A DNA stretch of 52,378 bases, the filler included, from Squatina squatina (taxonomy: Eukaryota), in NCBI GenBank assembly GCA_031763465.1. It is 3 parts of 3 records of this genome, joined end to end, with 100 filler letters (N's around TTAATTAATTAA, not from the genome) between each part and the next. Parts side by side here need not be neighbours in the genome. Positions count along the whole stretch, not along the records: positions 1 to 21,297 come from JARFOE010000192.1; 2 more parts are not named here. One strand, written 5' to 3'. The notes beneath the pieces were generated by a model. That model worked only from the letters and a program-made list of their open reading frames with translations. It had not been told where the DNA came from and did not search any database. Shown one piece after another: positions 1 to 13,075 of the stretch (its first letter is position 1; the number at the start of each line of letters is the position of its first letter). The position numbers and the translations under genes were made by a program.

Positions 1-1698
1 ACTGGCATCCGCTGCACTCCGGCAATATGCTGATTAAGAACGAGGACCAATTTCGCATGAACCTTGGGCTGTTTTGCCCATGAGTGAAATCTTGAAATCC
101 ATTCTAAGCATTTCCAGAAAGAGGTAGATGTGTTTATTGAATTATTCCTTGTGTGGATGTTTCTTTTTGTGTGTGCACCATATGCACACACCAGCAAATT
201 TCTGAAAGTACTTGAAACCTCTGACAGAACTGCCAGGCTCCCACTCACAGCTGCTCTCGCTTAAAGCCGCTTTAACTGGTACCAGGATGTGATTGGAATT
301 TACATGAGACTTTAACAACCTGAAGACAGCATCAGCTGTAAATATAGCTCAGTGCAATTTCAGACCTTGCATTTCAGACCTTAAAGACTGAATGAGGGTC
401 AAGCGGAGAGTCTGAATTACACTGACAAATGCAAATTAAAAGTCTGCAACCAAGACTTTTCAAACTCTGTGACATTTGCTTTTACTTGCCAACATGAAAA
501 TAGTGTGTTCCTGCACCATACACTTCTTTGTGAATTAGCTTTTAACTTTATTTCTATGACCATGTCCAGAACATCTGGGAAACGTCAGTTCCAAGTGGTG
601 TTTGTTAGTTTCCTGCAATCCAGTAAATTGCTGTAAACAGATTCATTAATTTGCCACAGAATTGATGTCACTGCTGGGCTGATCTGGGAAGAAATATTCA
701 CAGTGAAATGAATAGATTGTGTTCCGCTGCCAAATAAGTTTTCCAGGTCTGTCTTAAATGGCAGCCTACTTTATTGGTATTATTTTAACAATCAATCTCT
801 TAAGGTGCTTTGAGACTGCTCGAATCACATCTTGCTACATAGAGAATGGATGACAGTGGGAGGTGGGTTGTGGAAAAGAAACCATTACATGGCTTGGGTA
901 GGATAACCCATCAGTCTGTATCTCCTCGGGGCTGCAAGGGGTTCGCAGTCAATCCTGCAACTCATCCTTGGAATTTTCACGTTGAGCACCTTACTTCAGC
1001 TCTGTATCTCCCTCTGACTGCATGGGGCCAAGAATAAGAACTCATCACAAATCACAATTAGGAAACTCCAGCTTGATTTTATTCCTGCCTGGGATTGAGG
1101 TCAGTTAAAGTGTGCTTCAGGTCATTTTATTTTTCATAAATTATTACTAACCCACAACATGTAAGAAGCATAATTGCACAGTATTAAATTATATTGCTTT
1201 CACGTTAATTTTCCTGCAGCATATTGATACCAATACACTAAACATGCCTGAAGGGGGTGGGGTGCATAACATTTATTGGAAGTGTTGGGACACAATACCC
1301 ATATACCACTAAGGAGAAACTGCTATTGTAAACCTGACAGAGACAGGCTATAGGAAAGAAGAGGATTATGGAAGATTTATTTGGAAAGCTTATTCCTTAG
1401 TCATGATAGTGGGTTTTGAATGATGTGGCTTCAGTTTTATTTGGTGTGTGATAAGATTTCAGAATCTCCAACACAGTTTATCTTGAATGTGCGTTCCTAT
1501 TGTGTGGATAGTTTTCTGAGATCAAAAGAACCAAACCAAACTGTGGCAGAATGCCAATAGTATTCTGTCCAAAATTAAATGAGTGCAACCACATTTCTGG
1601 ATACGAATCCAGAAAATTACCTCAGTAATTTGTGTATCTCTTCACGAAATAGATCTGTTTTACTACTTAGTGTATTCCATCTACATTTTTGTTTAAAG

Positions 1699-1848
1699 GA
1701 GATAATTAAAGTGATGCAAGGCGTGGCAGTTGGTCTGCAGACACTTCACAACTCAAACATTGTTCATGGCGCTCTCCATCCGCACAATGTGTTTGCTGTA
1801 AACCGTGAACGTGGAATTGTTGGAGACTTTGATTTTACCAAGACTGCT
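1699..1848 (+). CDS. STK31: STK31 (TDRD8) kinase-like domain, internal exon (150 nt, phase 0/0)
   Basis: Flanked by tttaaag| and |gtaagt. Encodes EIIKVMQGVAVGLQTLHNSNIVHGALHPHNVFAVNRERGIVGDFDFTKTA, matching recalled human STK31 ETLKVMKGVAQGLHTLHKADIIHGSLHQNNVFALNREQGIVGDFDFTKSV. Confidence 0.92.
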
Positions 1849-2819
1849 GTAAGTATTTAGCGTAGTGCAAAATTTCCAATTATGTATTTTATGAGAGAAT
1901 TGCAACCTGCTGTCTTTTTCTCCGCATTTTATCTGTTTTTATGATTTAGTACAAAGCTTATTTTCTTTAATCTTGCAATCTGCGCATATTCACTTGGTTC
2001 CGTTTTAACTTTTTCTAAGGCATAACACTAACCTCTAAATGTTACCGTTATTTACTGGTATTCACAATTTCTGGTGTTGAACATTCCAGGGGGTTAAGTA
2101 TGTTTTTTGCTGAATTGCTTCTGCATAAAACAAAGTCTGAAGAGTTCCCTGAGACTTTTTTTAACTGGGTATCTGTTACTAATCTACAAAAAGCAACATC
2201 AATTTTGGTCATTTGGTCACATACATTATTTATTGCTATTAGCAGGAACAAAAATATTCANNNNNNNNNNTGCCAGTTGACTCACACTGCCCAATGGTTA
2301 CGTGTGTAATAGCTTAACACAGGAGTTTAACAATATTCCCCCCTTGTAATTTGAAGCAAATATTTATATCTCTACACGTGCCCTCATGTGCCTCTCCAAT
2401 TTTGCCAAAGATAGACAGAGTACAAACTTGCTAAGATAAGGCCAGAATTATTAAGGGGTTTTATTTTTGCAAACAGCAATTAGGCTCAGAGAGGGGAAGG
2501 TCAGTGGGGATAGCACAAATGTGACAAAGGGTGAGATTGGAAGAAGGATTGGGGTCAGAGGAAAGTGAAGTTGAAAGAAGGATCAGGGGGTGCATTGATC
2601 TTTCACCCCCAACACTTGCTCTCCTTACCCCGGCACCTTCCCATTCAAGCACAGGGGATGCAACACCTGCCCTTTTACCTCCTCCCTTCCCACCATTGAG
2701 GGCCCAAACACTCCTTCCAGGTGAAACAGTGATTCACTTGTACTTCTTCCAATTTAGTCCACTGTATTCATTGCTCTACACTGGGGAGACAATGCGGATA
2801 GGGTGATCATTTTGGCGAA

Positions 2820-3670
2820 CAACAACAACTTAAAACAATTTATATTTATAGAGCCCCTTTCACGTAATATGGAGCTTCACAGGAGTGTTATCAAAAAAAT
2901 GAAAATCTGACACCGAGCCATATAAGGAGATGTTATGGCAGATAACCAAAAGCTTGGTTGGAGAGGTCAGTTTGAAGAAGAGTCTTAAAGGAACAAAAAG
3001 AAGTAGAGAGGCAGAGAGATTTAGGGAGGGAAGTCCAGAGTGTAGGACCTAGGCAACAGAAGACACGGCCCCAATTTAAAATCAGGGATGTTCAAAAGTC
3101 CAGATTAGGTGGAGTGCAGAGTTCTAGGGGGTTTATAGGCTTGGGGGTGATTACAGAGATAAGGAAAGGTGAGGCCATGGAGGGATTTGAAAACAAGGAT
3201 GACACTTTTAAAATCGAGGCATTGTTTAACTGGGAGCCAATGTAGGTCAACTAGCAAAGGGGAGATTGGTGATTTGGACTTGGTGCAAGTGAGCACATGG
3301 GCGACAGAGTTTTGGATGACCTCAAGTTTATGGAGGGTAGAACTAGGGAGGCCAGCCAGCAGTGCTTTGGCATAGTCAAGTCTAGAGGCGATAAAAGCAT
3401 GGATGAGGGTTTCAGCAGCAGATAAATTGAGGTACGGGCGGAGTCGGGTGATATTATGAAGGTAGAAATGGGAGGTCTTAGTGTTAGACCGGATATGAGG
3501 TAGGAAGCTCAGTTCGTGATCAAATATGACACACCAAGGTTGCGAACAGACCTGGTCAGCCTTATACATTTAACGGGGAAGAGAGATCGAATTAGTGGAA
3601 AGGGAATGAGTTTGCGGCGTGAACCAAAGACAATGGCTTCAGTCTTCTCGATACTTAATTGGAGCAAATT
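2820..3670 (-). mobile_element. L2-clade LINE, 3' fragment
   Basis: ORF 3105..3569 reads IHAFIASRLDYAKALLAGLP...LHWLPVKQ, typical of the L2 ORF2 C-terminus. The 3' tail (ATAAAT...(TTG)n on the minus strand) lies near 2820-2850. Confidence 0.85.
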
Positions 3671-4255
3671 TTATGTTAATCTGAGACCAGGCTCTCCTGA
3701 AAATGGGCCATACTTTATTAACTGCGATAGCTCTCAATTTCAGATGGGTAGATAAATATTAAACTCAGCATCAGAACATTACATTTATCAAATACAGATT
3801 ATTTTTAAATCACCCATTTTAATGCAGCCACTCGCACATATAAACACCTTTGCATACATACATCTTTGACAATATTGCTGGTTTCATCTGCATTGAAGNN
3901 NNNNNNNNNNNNNNNNNNNNNNNNNNNNNNNNNNNNNNNNNNNNNNNNNNNNNNNNNNNNNNNNNNNNNNNNNNNNNNNNNNNNNNNNNNNNNNNNNNTT
4001 TGTTATTTTGGAGCCAATTCAGAGATGGCCAATTTTGGTTCTTTGTAGAGGCAAAAAGTCCAATTTCTGACTAATTTGACTCATATTTGCCACTATAAAC
4101 TGGTTAATAGATGTCTTTAAGGTTCAGCAATAAGGAACTATTGTGTCGCTATAGATTGAAAATTGTATAAACTCCACAGCGCAGCAAAGAAATAAATCTG
4201 TTGTGAAGAATTAAATACCTATTCCATGAGCGTAACCATTTTTTTGTGTGCGTAG

Positions 4256-4381
4256 GATCAGCGTAATATTGTCAGCTGGATGGTAGCTGATAAGCTGGAT
4301 CTTGTAGCCCCAGAAGTCAGAAGTGGCCAATCTGCTGTCCCTGCAACTGATGTTTTTGCTTATGGATGCCTGCTTTTGTGG
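4256..4381 (+). CDS. STK31: STK31 kinase-like domain, internal exon (126 nt, phase 0/0)
   Basis: Flanked by cgtag| and |gtatgt. Encodes DQRNIVSWMVADKLDLVAPEVRSGQSAVPATDVFAYGCLLLW (subdomains VIII-IX; human ...SPELKMGKPASPGSDLYAYGCLLLW). Splices in frame to the 1699-1848 exon. Confidence 0.92.
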
Positions 4382-4468
4382 GTATGTTCTAATTTACATT
4401 GAATATAATGAATTAATGGTATGTCAAAACGCTTAGATTTGAAACTATATTGTCTTATACTTTTGCAG

Positions 4469-4537
4469 CTGAATTTCCCTAAGAAAGACTTCACAGTTAA
4501 TGCTGATGGAACTCCAGATTTTAGTGAGCTAAGTATG
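4469..4537 (+). CDS. STK31: STK31 internal exon (69 nt, phase 0/0), after an 87-nt intron
   Basis: Flanked by ttttgcag| and |gtaagc. Encodes LNFPKKDFTVNADGTPDFSELSM, aligning without gaps to recalled human LSVQNQEFEINKDGIPKVDQFHL. The terminal exon was not found. Confidence 0.85.
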
Positions 4538-7126
4538 GTAAGCAAATTTGTAGCTAATGAGGTTTAGTTTCAATTCATAACTTTTTTTACTTTTACAGAC
4601 TTCAAGAGCTGAAGCTAAAAGCAAGTTTAGTTCTGTGAGTCTTTCTTTGNNNNNNNNNNNNNNNNNNNNNNNNNNNNNNNNNNNNNNNNNNNNNNNNNNN
4701 NNNNNNNNNNNNNNNNNNNNNNNNNNNNNNNNNNNNNNNNNNNNNNNNNCCATCGGTTATGTCAGCTAAGCACAGCAGTTGACAAGACAAACCCTCCTCT
4801 CCCACCAATGATCTGTGATTTGACTGACCGAAGCATTGCTTGTGTCTCCAAAATGAACATCTTTAATGGCTGAGGTGGCCTGACACTTGATAGTAGCTCC
4901 TTAGATCCGTCCCACAATTACACTCCTGAAATAAATTAAGATAACCAGCGCTAAGTAAGTGACCTTTAGCACTGAAATTAGGATGGTTTTAAAGCTGTCT
5001 GCAACTTTTTTTTCAAAGTGTCAAATTGCAGGACTTAAAATGAAATTTCAAAGACCTGAACTTTGCGCTCCCCAATTTGTCCCTTAGTGCCAGAAACTCA
5101 GGACAGTCTAATTGGGTGCCCATAATTTATACCCGATGACTAAGACCCAGTGAGGGGCTTGATGTGGCCTTTTCCCTCTTTGCTGTATCCTGGCTTAACT
5201 TTTGTCTAATCCATGTGGGACACCAGTCCAATTTAGTAGAATACTATTAGAATTAAAATTGTGAAAGCTATATCTTAGCTGAAAAGTTGCAAGGCTATGA
5301 AGTTCAAGAGCATGATTGTGTGCAATAACCATGGGCTGCAGACCAGTCACTGCAGGCAAGGGAAATAGCACATAAGGGTTTCATTACTCATTTCTTGTTG
5401 TGAGTTCTGCAATTGGGTACTGTTAATTTCTATTGGAGGTTTTTACAGTAAGTAATCTTTTTTTTTAACTTTTTAATGTGTTGCTATTCTAATTTCTCTG
5501 TAATAAATCATTCTGAGCAGATATAGATCCAAAACTGGTATCTGCAGTACAACAGCACTAGATAAATTATACATTCTTTTAGAAATAATCCAACTTTAAC
5601 TGCGCACTAAGTCTAACTGCACTTTTTAAAATCTTCAATCCACTTTAGTTACAAAAAATGTCTAGCAAATTGACAATACAGTATATTTTGCTAAGTTCCC
5701 AGTCAAATTCAAATTATGCTCATAACTTGAAGAAATAGGAAATACATCATGTTCTTTGGATTAAAATGTCTTTGATTTACTCTTTGAAACAATGTTGAGA
5801 ATTCAAAAAGTTCTAATGAATCTTTGCTGTAGCTAAGCTTGAACATGATACTTTGTCATTTTCTTAAGCTTAAAGGCAGTAGTGCTCAATCAGCCAGCTC
5901 CTGATATAATTAAACCTGGCGAAGACAAAGAAAATATTACTACAAAAATATTCCATGATTATCATTTTATAATTTTATCAGTTGTGGATGATGCTTCACT
6001 GTAGCCTTACAGCATGTTTCAACCCTTTTCTTTCCTGTGCTGATATGAGTTGCTAAAGAATGCCTTGAATTTATTTGAATAAGACAATCAGCAAATTAGC
6101 ATGCAATCTGACTTATTAATTAAAAAGCTGGTGAATCTGCTGTGTGTCTATTGGACTGATTGGAAAAAAAAACATGTTTAAGTTTTGCCATTCTCTGAAG
6201 AAGATAACAGCCTAAATCCAAGGGGATAACATTTACATAACAGGTTCATTATAGAAAGGAAATAGGAGCTTAAACTGTTGCTGATTCATTCTTATCTCTG
6301 TGCTTGGGCTGGTCTACTCTAGTACTCCCAATTTTTTAACTTCTGCTACGTTTGGAATAAATTTTCTTAAGTACTGAAGCACTAGTCTGCACNNNNNNNN
6401 NNATAGCTGTTACTCATCAGTTAGAATTACGGCATTCAATTACTATTCCTAGAAAGCTTTCCATAAACGCTAAAATACGTCAAGTGCATACGTAAATGTC
6501 TGACTCAGCAGGTAAACATTGGACGTAAAGTGCGTCAGGAAAAATATTGTGTTCTACCGTGTTTCTCCTTTTGCATTTGTTGGGCTGTTAATTGTTCTAC
6601 TTAGGAATGTAATATGACAAACCTCTGTGTTTTACTGTGGGTTGAGGGGTGACATTGTAAATTAATTTTCTGTATTCTATTGGAGAAGCATTTCCAGTGA
6701 TTATCCATTTGGGCTTCCAACAGACATATATTTGCTGTGCAACATGAAGAAAATACAAATGTGTGGCATCTACATGTGGTCTGTTGTTTCTGAAGTTTGG
6801 CAATCAGTATAGGACCAATCATAGTAGACCAGAAATGATCACAGTTTATAACCTTAAGTAGCAGGAACCATGGGGGAAACATTCAGTACATTAGTGCCTC
6901 CTGTTAGCGCCAGCAGATGACGCCAATGGGGCGCTAGAGCATTATCGCCAGGGCAAAGCAAATCCAGCAGCGGATGCCAAATCCTGTTCCCCTCTTCCCC
7001 CCCCCCCCCACCTGTGCTGCTGGTAANNNNNNNNNNNNNNNNNNNNNNNNNNNNNNNNNNNNNNNNNNNNNNNNNNNNNNNNNNNNNNNNNNNNNNNNNN
7101 NNNNNNNNNNNNNNNNNNNNNNNNNN

Positions 7127-7830
7127 CCAGGGAATGGAGTTTGTGGCGGGGACTGAAGAAATGGCTTTGGTCCTCCCAATATTTAGTTGGAGAAAATTAC
7201 TGCTCATCAACAATACTGGATATTGGACAAGCAGTGTGACAAAACAGAGACAGTGGTGGTATTAAGAAAGATCGTGCTGAGGTAGAGCAGAGTGTCATCT
7301 ACATACTTATGGAACCTGACATTGTGTTTTCTGATTATCTCGCCTCGGGTCAGTATGTAGACGAGGAATAGAAGGGGGCCAAGGATAGACCCTTGAGGTA
7401 ATGGTGTGGAAGTAGGAAGAGAAGCCATTGCAGGAAATTCTCTGGCTACGATTGAATAGTTAAGAATGGAACCAGGTGAGGGCAATCCCACCCAGCTGGA
7501 TGATGAAGGAGAGGCATTGGAGGAGGATGGTGTGGTCGAGTGTGTTGAAAGCTGCAGGGAGATTGAAGAGGATGAGAAGAGATATTGTACCACAGTCACA
7601 GAGAATGTCATTTAGGACTTTAGTTAGGGTCATGTTGTTGCAGGAGTGGCATTGCAGGAAAGATGGGCACAAATCTAGGTGGTGATAACAGATTCAACGA
7701 ATTTGGAATGGAAAGGAACAATGGAGTGGACAGTAATTTGGAAAGACAGATGGGTTGAGCGTGTGTTTTTTGAGGAGGGGTGATGACAGTGGTTTTAAAA
7801 GGAATGGAGCACTGCTTGAGAAGAGGGAAC
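7127..7830 (-). mobile_element. L2-clade LINE reverse transcriptase fragment, degenerate
   Basis: Minus-strand frames give [14 protein letters not shown]...YVDDTLLY (RT core, YADD-like) and TKVLNDIL...[13 protein letters not shown], broken by frameshifts. Confidence 0.85.
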
Positions 7831-9384
7831 TATTTACAGTTGACAGATCAGAAGAAGTAGATAATGAAGCCAGTTTCAGCCAGCAAGATTAATGCACCAG
7901 CCACTTATTGACATTTACTTCAGTGCCTAAGCTACCCAGTGCATAACTACTTCTCTCCGCTTGTGCTCACCATTATCATCTAACCTACCTCAAGTATTAT
8001 GTTTCCCATGCTTCCATCTGCATTGTCTTACTCAGCCCCATCAGAAATTAACATTATGAACAAAGTTAAAATAAAGCGCAACCATTTTATTTGCCAGAAG
8101 TAACAAGACAATTTCTAATTTAGAATATAATGGAAGTGGTGGAAGTGACTTGCAGTTGCCGTGTACCCACAATCCCATGTGATAAATATAGATTCTGTGT
8201 GATNNNNNNNNNNNNNNNNNNNNNNNNNNNNNNNNNNNNNNNNNNNNNNNNNNNNNNNNNNNNNNNNNNNNNNNNNNNNNNNNNNNNNNNNNNNNNNNNN
8301 NNNTTTCCCACAATCAATCAGCAAAATTAATTAAGACAGATAACCAATATCAAACAATAAAGGATCTGAAAATCAAGGCATGCCAAGTTCCAGTGATTCA
8401 TTATTTACCAGAATTTTTGTTGTTGTGGTTGAGTGCCACAGGACTTGTTGATTTTATGCTGCTGCAAAGATTAGCAGTTTTATGTCAGACATTCAGTTTG
8501 AACATGTAAATGTGTTTATACTAATAACATGGAAAGAACTCAGCCATGAAAATAGTTTAAGAAGGCAAGTATTCTCAATGCTGAGGTCCATAAGCTAATT
8601 TAATTGTATTAGATAGACCCTTAGGGTAAATAAATGGCATCCTCTGCATTTCTTTCCACTTGTGACTAATTCGACTTTGCTTACTTAACTTGATGTGAGG
8701 CAGCTTCAGCAAAATGTATTATTTCATTTACAGCTGCTATGGCCCTTGTCAGTGATACATTTTAATTTGTTATCTGTGTTGCAATAATATCTTTCATATT
8801 TGTCCCTTGCTATTTGCAGAGCGCTTGTTTAAGTGAAAGCATAAGTTAATATTTACCTTGAACAAGGCATTAAACTCTCATTGAGTATGGTGTTAAAAAA
8901 TGGAGAAGTGAGTGAACTGGTGAGAAATGATGATTAATTTATTCATAATTTCCTTCTAAATTTATAAATAAATTTACTCACAAGTATTCATTCTCACTGC
9001 TGCTGTGTGTTCCTCCAATGGGAAGCGTACTGAATGGCAAATAATGGAACAGAGGTAAAGAAATCTTGTTACGGGTTTGTTATCAGATAATGAAATCAGA
9101 TAAAGAGAAACATGTTAGAGGATAATTAAATTAAAGGTAGATACTTTCTTCCAGTTAAACTCATTGTTAGATTTTGAACAGAAGTTCAAGATGTTCCAGT
9201 GGGGCTGAATCAGATGTGATGCAGGTGATAATTGTTCTCAGACCCAACGCTGCTGTGAGATCCACACTGAACCGTGAGATTTAAGACCCCGGCTCATGCT
9301 GTGACCCAGGACTTGACCTGACTCAATTACCGGTGAATGTAAAGCACACAAGATACTGCATGGTATTTGCAGCCAAAAGACTCA

Positions 9385-9454
9385 AGTGGATAGGGCTTGT
9401 AAGAAGGCATATGGTATCCTAGCGTTCATTAGCAGAGGGATTGAGTTTAAGGGC
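9385..9454 (+). mobile_element. CR1 LINE fragment at a contig end
   Basis: Reads VDRACKKAYGILAFISRGIEFK, a typical CR1 ORF2 segment. Truncated by an N gap. Confidence 0.7.
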
Positions 9455-10484
9455 NNNNNNNNNNNNNNNNNNNNNNNNNNNNNNNNNNNNNNNNNNNNNN
9501 NNNNNNNNNNNNNNNNNNNNNNNNNNNNNNNNNNNNNNNNNNNNNNNNNNNNNNTCGGATCTCCCGTGTGCGATTAACGCCGGGCGCTGTTGGGGCACTA
9601 ATCACTGCTGCAGCTTTTCAAGCGTGGCTGCTGCCAATTTCAGGCCCAAGATTTTTAATATATTATCTAAATGTTCTGCCTCTATTTTCCATGGTATATT
9701 TCTTTGGTGGTGCATCGTGAAGGGGATGACAATGTATACATTAATAAACCAGCAGTGATAATTTGCTTTACTTTGTTTAGCCAAACTTCATTTATAAAGA
9801 ATAATAGAAAATGCGTGGGTTAAAGCAAATGGAAATAATTTGTATTTTAACACAGAACTAATCTAACAGAAATTTAAAGATTTTTTTTGCAGCTACATCT
9901 CTCAAAGGCAGACAGCTCTCATAAACCAGACAGCTCTCATTTACTAAGTTTTGACTCACCTTTCTCAACAACGTGCTGTCTTGATGATTCACTGGGTCAA
10001 TTAATTGCAACCTTCCATTTATAAAACATCAATAAGAAGGCAGTGACTCGATAGAACATCATCATCTATCCGTGAGGAAAATGGTCCATTAAAACTGAAT
10101 AGAAACTTTTGAACCGTGATGCTGCATATTCACTGTATTCTGGCAAGACAATACTCTATCAAGATAGATTAGATTTCATTGAGCATTTTTCTAAGAAGTA
10201 GTATTCTATGTACAATTGCCAGGATTCATTCTACAAGCAATCATGCAATCATAAATGGTGACCATTAATTGCTAAAACGAATTAAATTCTATTGACAATA
10301 ATGCAAAAAAAAATCATGAATTATGCTTACTCAGGCCATAAGATTGAGCATGTGCCAAATACAACACTTCTTCCAGACATGGAGGTTTGCTGTATGGAAT
10401 AGAGTAAGTGATGTTGTCTGAAATTAATTTAAACAAAGTTATTATCCATTCAAAGAAACGGTATGATGTAAAGAAAAGTATGCT

Positions 10485-10673
10485 AGGTTGGCTCAGTTGG
10501 TAGTATTCTTATCGATGTCAGAAGATTGTGGGTTTAAGCTCCACTCCAGGACTTGAGCGCACAATCAAGGCCCTCTTCCTTTGGTCAGGTAGATGTAACA
10601 GATCCCATCCCACTATTTGAAATTAATTCTCCTATTGTGCAGGTCAACATTCCTCGCATCACTAACTAAAGAA
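10485..10673 (+). mobile_element. tRNA-headed Deu-type SINE (SacSINE1-like), internally deleted
   Basis: A-box-like tggctcagttggtag, B-box-like gggtttaagctcc, then gacttgagcgcacaatcaagg and caggtagatgtaacagatccca, all shared with the copies at 11465 and 15075. Confidence 0.7.
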
Positions 10674-10773
10674 NNNNNNNNNNNNNNNNNNNNNNNNNNN
10701 NNNNNNNNNNNNNNNNNNNNNNNNNNNNNNNNNNNNNNNNNNNNNNNNNNNNNNNNNNNNNNNNNNNNNNNNN

Positions 10774-10858
10774 TCCACAGATGCTGCCTGACCTGCTGAG
10801 ATTTTCCAGCATTTTTTGTTTGTCTTCTAGGTTCCAGCATCCGCAGTATTTCGCTTCT
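10774..10858. repeat. Arm of a common shark palindromic repeat (Penelope-associated)
   Basis: tccacagatgctgcctgacctgctgag...ttccagcatccgcagtatt is the reverse complement of the left arm at 13952-14027. Confidence 0.65.
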
Positions 10859-11139
10859 GTCTATGTCATCAGTGTCCTCTCACTGATCATGCTGAAGGCC
10901 CTCATCCAGTGGTGGCTCCATGTGTTGTCTCCGTTGCAGAGAAAGGTTATGCAGCATAAAGCAAATCTCAATCGTATGGAATGTTCTTTGTGGGCTTTAT
11001 TGCAGGAAACCATTGGACATGTCCAGGCATTTGAGGACTCTAATAGTTTGCTCGATGAGAGCTCTAGTTGAACCATGGAACTGACAGCTAAGTATGGCTT
11101 CCTAAGAGGAGTCAGGAACTATGTGTGCAAGGAATAGCC

Positions 11140-11445
11140 CTTATCTCTGAGCAACCAGGCTTTACCTTGGGACAAAACATTGGTGGGGTGGTGGACAATT
11201 GATGCAATATAAAAGCATCATGCCGCTGCCAGAAAAATGGGTACAGACCTGCAAGATGCACTGCTGGTCATCACATGTCGATTGCACATAAATAGAATGG
11301 AAGTCTTTGTGATTCATGCAGGCACTCACATTGTAGGAAGGACTTTGCTGTGTGACATGGATGCAGTCAGTGACACCCTGGACTTGGGGGAATTCTGCAA
11401 CCTGTGCGGACCCTAGAGCTCTATCCCACTGTTTCAAGATATTCA
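11140..11445 (-). mobile_element. PIF/Harbinger transposase fragment, degenerate
   Basis: Reads AEFPQVQGVTDCIHV...NHKDFHSIYVQSTCD...FSGSG, a decayed form of GFP.V.G.IDCTHV...NRKGFHS.NVQ..CD (DDE_Tnp_4 family). Confidence 0.8.
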
Positions 11446-11464
11446 TAAGGGAAGTGATGAATGA

Positions 11465-11700
11465 ATGGGGATAATTCCTCTGCTCTTCTTCGAAATAGTG
11501 CCATAGGATATATTACATTCACCTGAGAGAGCAGACAGGGCCTCAATATATCGTTTCATCCAAAAGACAGCACCTCCGGCAGTGCAGCACTCCCTCAGTA
11601 CTGCACAGGAGTGTCAGTCTAGATTTTTGTGCTCAAGTCCCTGGGGTGGAAACCCACAACCTTCTGACTAGAGGGTGTTACTAACTAAGCCACAGCTGAC
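11465..11700 (-). mobile_element. tRNA-headed Deu-type SINE (SacSINE1-like)
   Basis: The reverse complement gives a tRNA-like head (gtggcttagttagtaac...tcagaaggttgtgggtt) followed by a Deu-like core (gcagtactgagggagtgctgcactg...caggtgaatgtaa...tggcactatttcgaag). Confidence 0.8.
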
Positions 11701-12289
11701 ACATGGAAGCTCTACATTTCTTTCTGTCTCACAAACTAACTTCAAAATCTACATCTATAGATGTCATTCTCATTGTTCCAAATGGGCTAGAATCAGAGTT
11801 CCACAGAATATCCAACATCTGTGCCATACTTACGTCTTTAATCTTCAGCCCCATTTAAAATCAGAGATTTATCAAGCTCTTTTAAAGGACCTAATCAGCA
11901 TTGCTTAGCTGTCTCCCTTTTTAATATCTTGAAGTTTATAGCAGTGGTTTCATTATTTTTTGGGTCAGAAAAAATCCTGGCAGTGGGGATTGTGACAGAT
12001 ACAGGTGAACAGTAGATATATGGCAACAATTAAATTGAAAGAGTAATGATCTCAATATAATCTCTATGTCTACTGAATGATAATAAACAGTTAACTACAG
12101 AAAAATAGCTCACTCAGTCTATATTACATGGCAAAGCTTTCATTATGTTGCTGACATTTGGCAAACATGTTAAGCTGCAGGCTCGCTGCATGACAATTAA
12201 AAACATTTAACTCCTGTTGCTTTGTGAGGCACTCTCAGCCTCTTTATCTCTTGCTGAAAAAGACAAGGTATGTATGTAGCAGACTACAG

Positions 12290-13075
12290 CTTCTTTTACG
12301 CTAAATAGGCAGCAGAAATCATATCAAGGACAAGAAAAAATAAATAGGAAGAACTGAGGTAGGAAAGAGGGAATAACTGGTTGGGGTTTGAAACAAATAA
12401 ATGAGGAGAAATGAACCTGGCTAGCAAAAAAACAATATTGACTAATGGGTTTGTAAGGAAATAAATAAATGGAGAGCAGGCTTGATGAAATAAATGAAAA
12501 TTAAGAGGAAAAGCTGAAGTTGTAAGGAGGGCTGGCACTGTGGAGCGAAGCAAGAAAGGATAAAACTTTACTGGCACTATCAGGAAGAATGAAGAGAGAA
12601 TAGGCACAGTAGGAGGGGCTTCAAGACGTTGTCATTGAATGCGAGAGAAAGAAACTTGGAAGATGGTATTTGTTGAAATATAAAATTTGGGGAAATTGAA
12701 CCAGGCAGGTGCACAAGGAGAGCATGCAGCTGAATTTGAAGTTGCTGCAAAATGATGCATACCTAGTGATGTAGCAGAAGTGGGAGTTGGTAGCGAATGT
12801 TAAGAACACTTTGTGTGGACTGGTCAGCGATGGCAACTGCAGACATAGGAACTACAGTAGGTGAAGCATAAGGCTGGGATGGGAAGCAATAACTACTGAA
12901 GTGGACAGGAGATGAGGTTCAGAATAGTGTGGCTTGGGGGAGGAAGGATGAGAGGAGTGGTAACCAGACTTGTGGTTTAGGTACTTTGATCTGTAGCTTA
13001 TGATTTGTAGCGGTTGGCGGCTGCCAGTGGAATGCATGTGTAAGTTAAAGAAGGTGGTGAGGTTGGATTTGTTTC
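12290..13075 (-). mobile_element. Highly degenerate LINE (L2-like) remnant
   Basis: Purine-rich + strand with the same texture as the other minus-strand L2 copies. No clean protein motif recovered. Confidence 0.35.

Noticed and set aside
346-381. Short local tandem duplications (also about 9909-9940 and 38580-38613)
   Set aside because: Ordinary slippage duplications in intronic DNA.
4750-4873. About 40 open codons after the gap as a possible STK31 last exon
   Set aside because: No recognisable similarity to the STK31 C-terminus, and any acceptor would be hidden in the gap.
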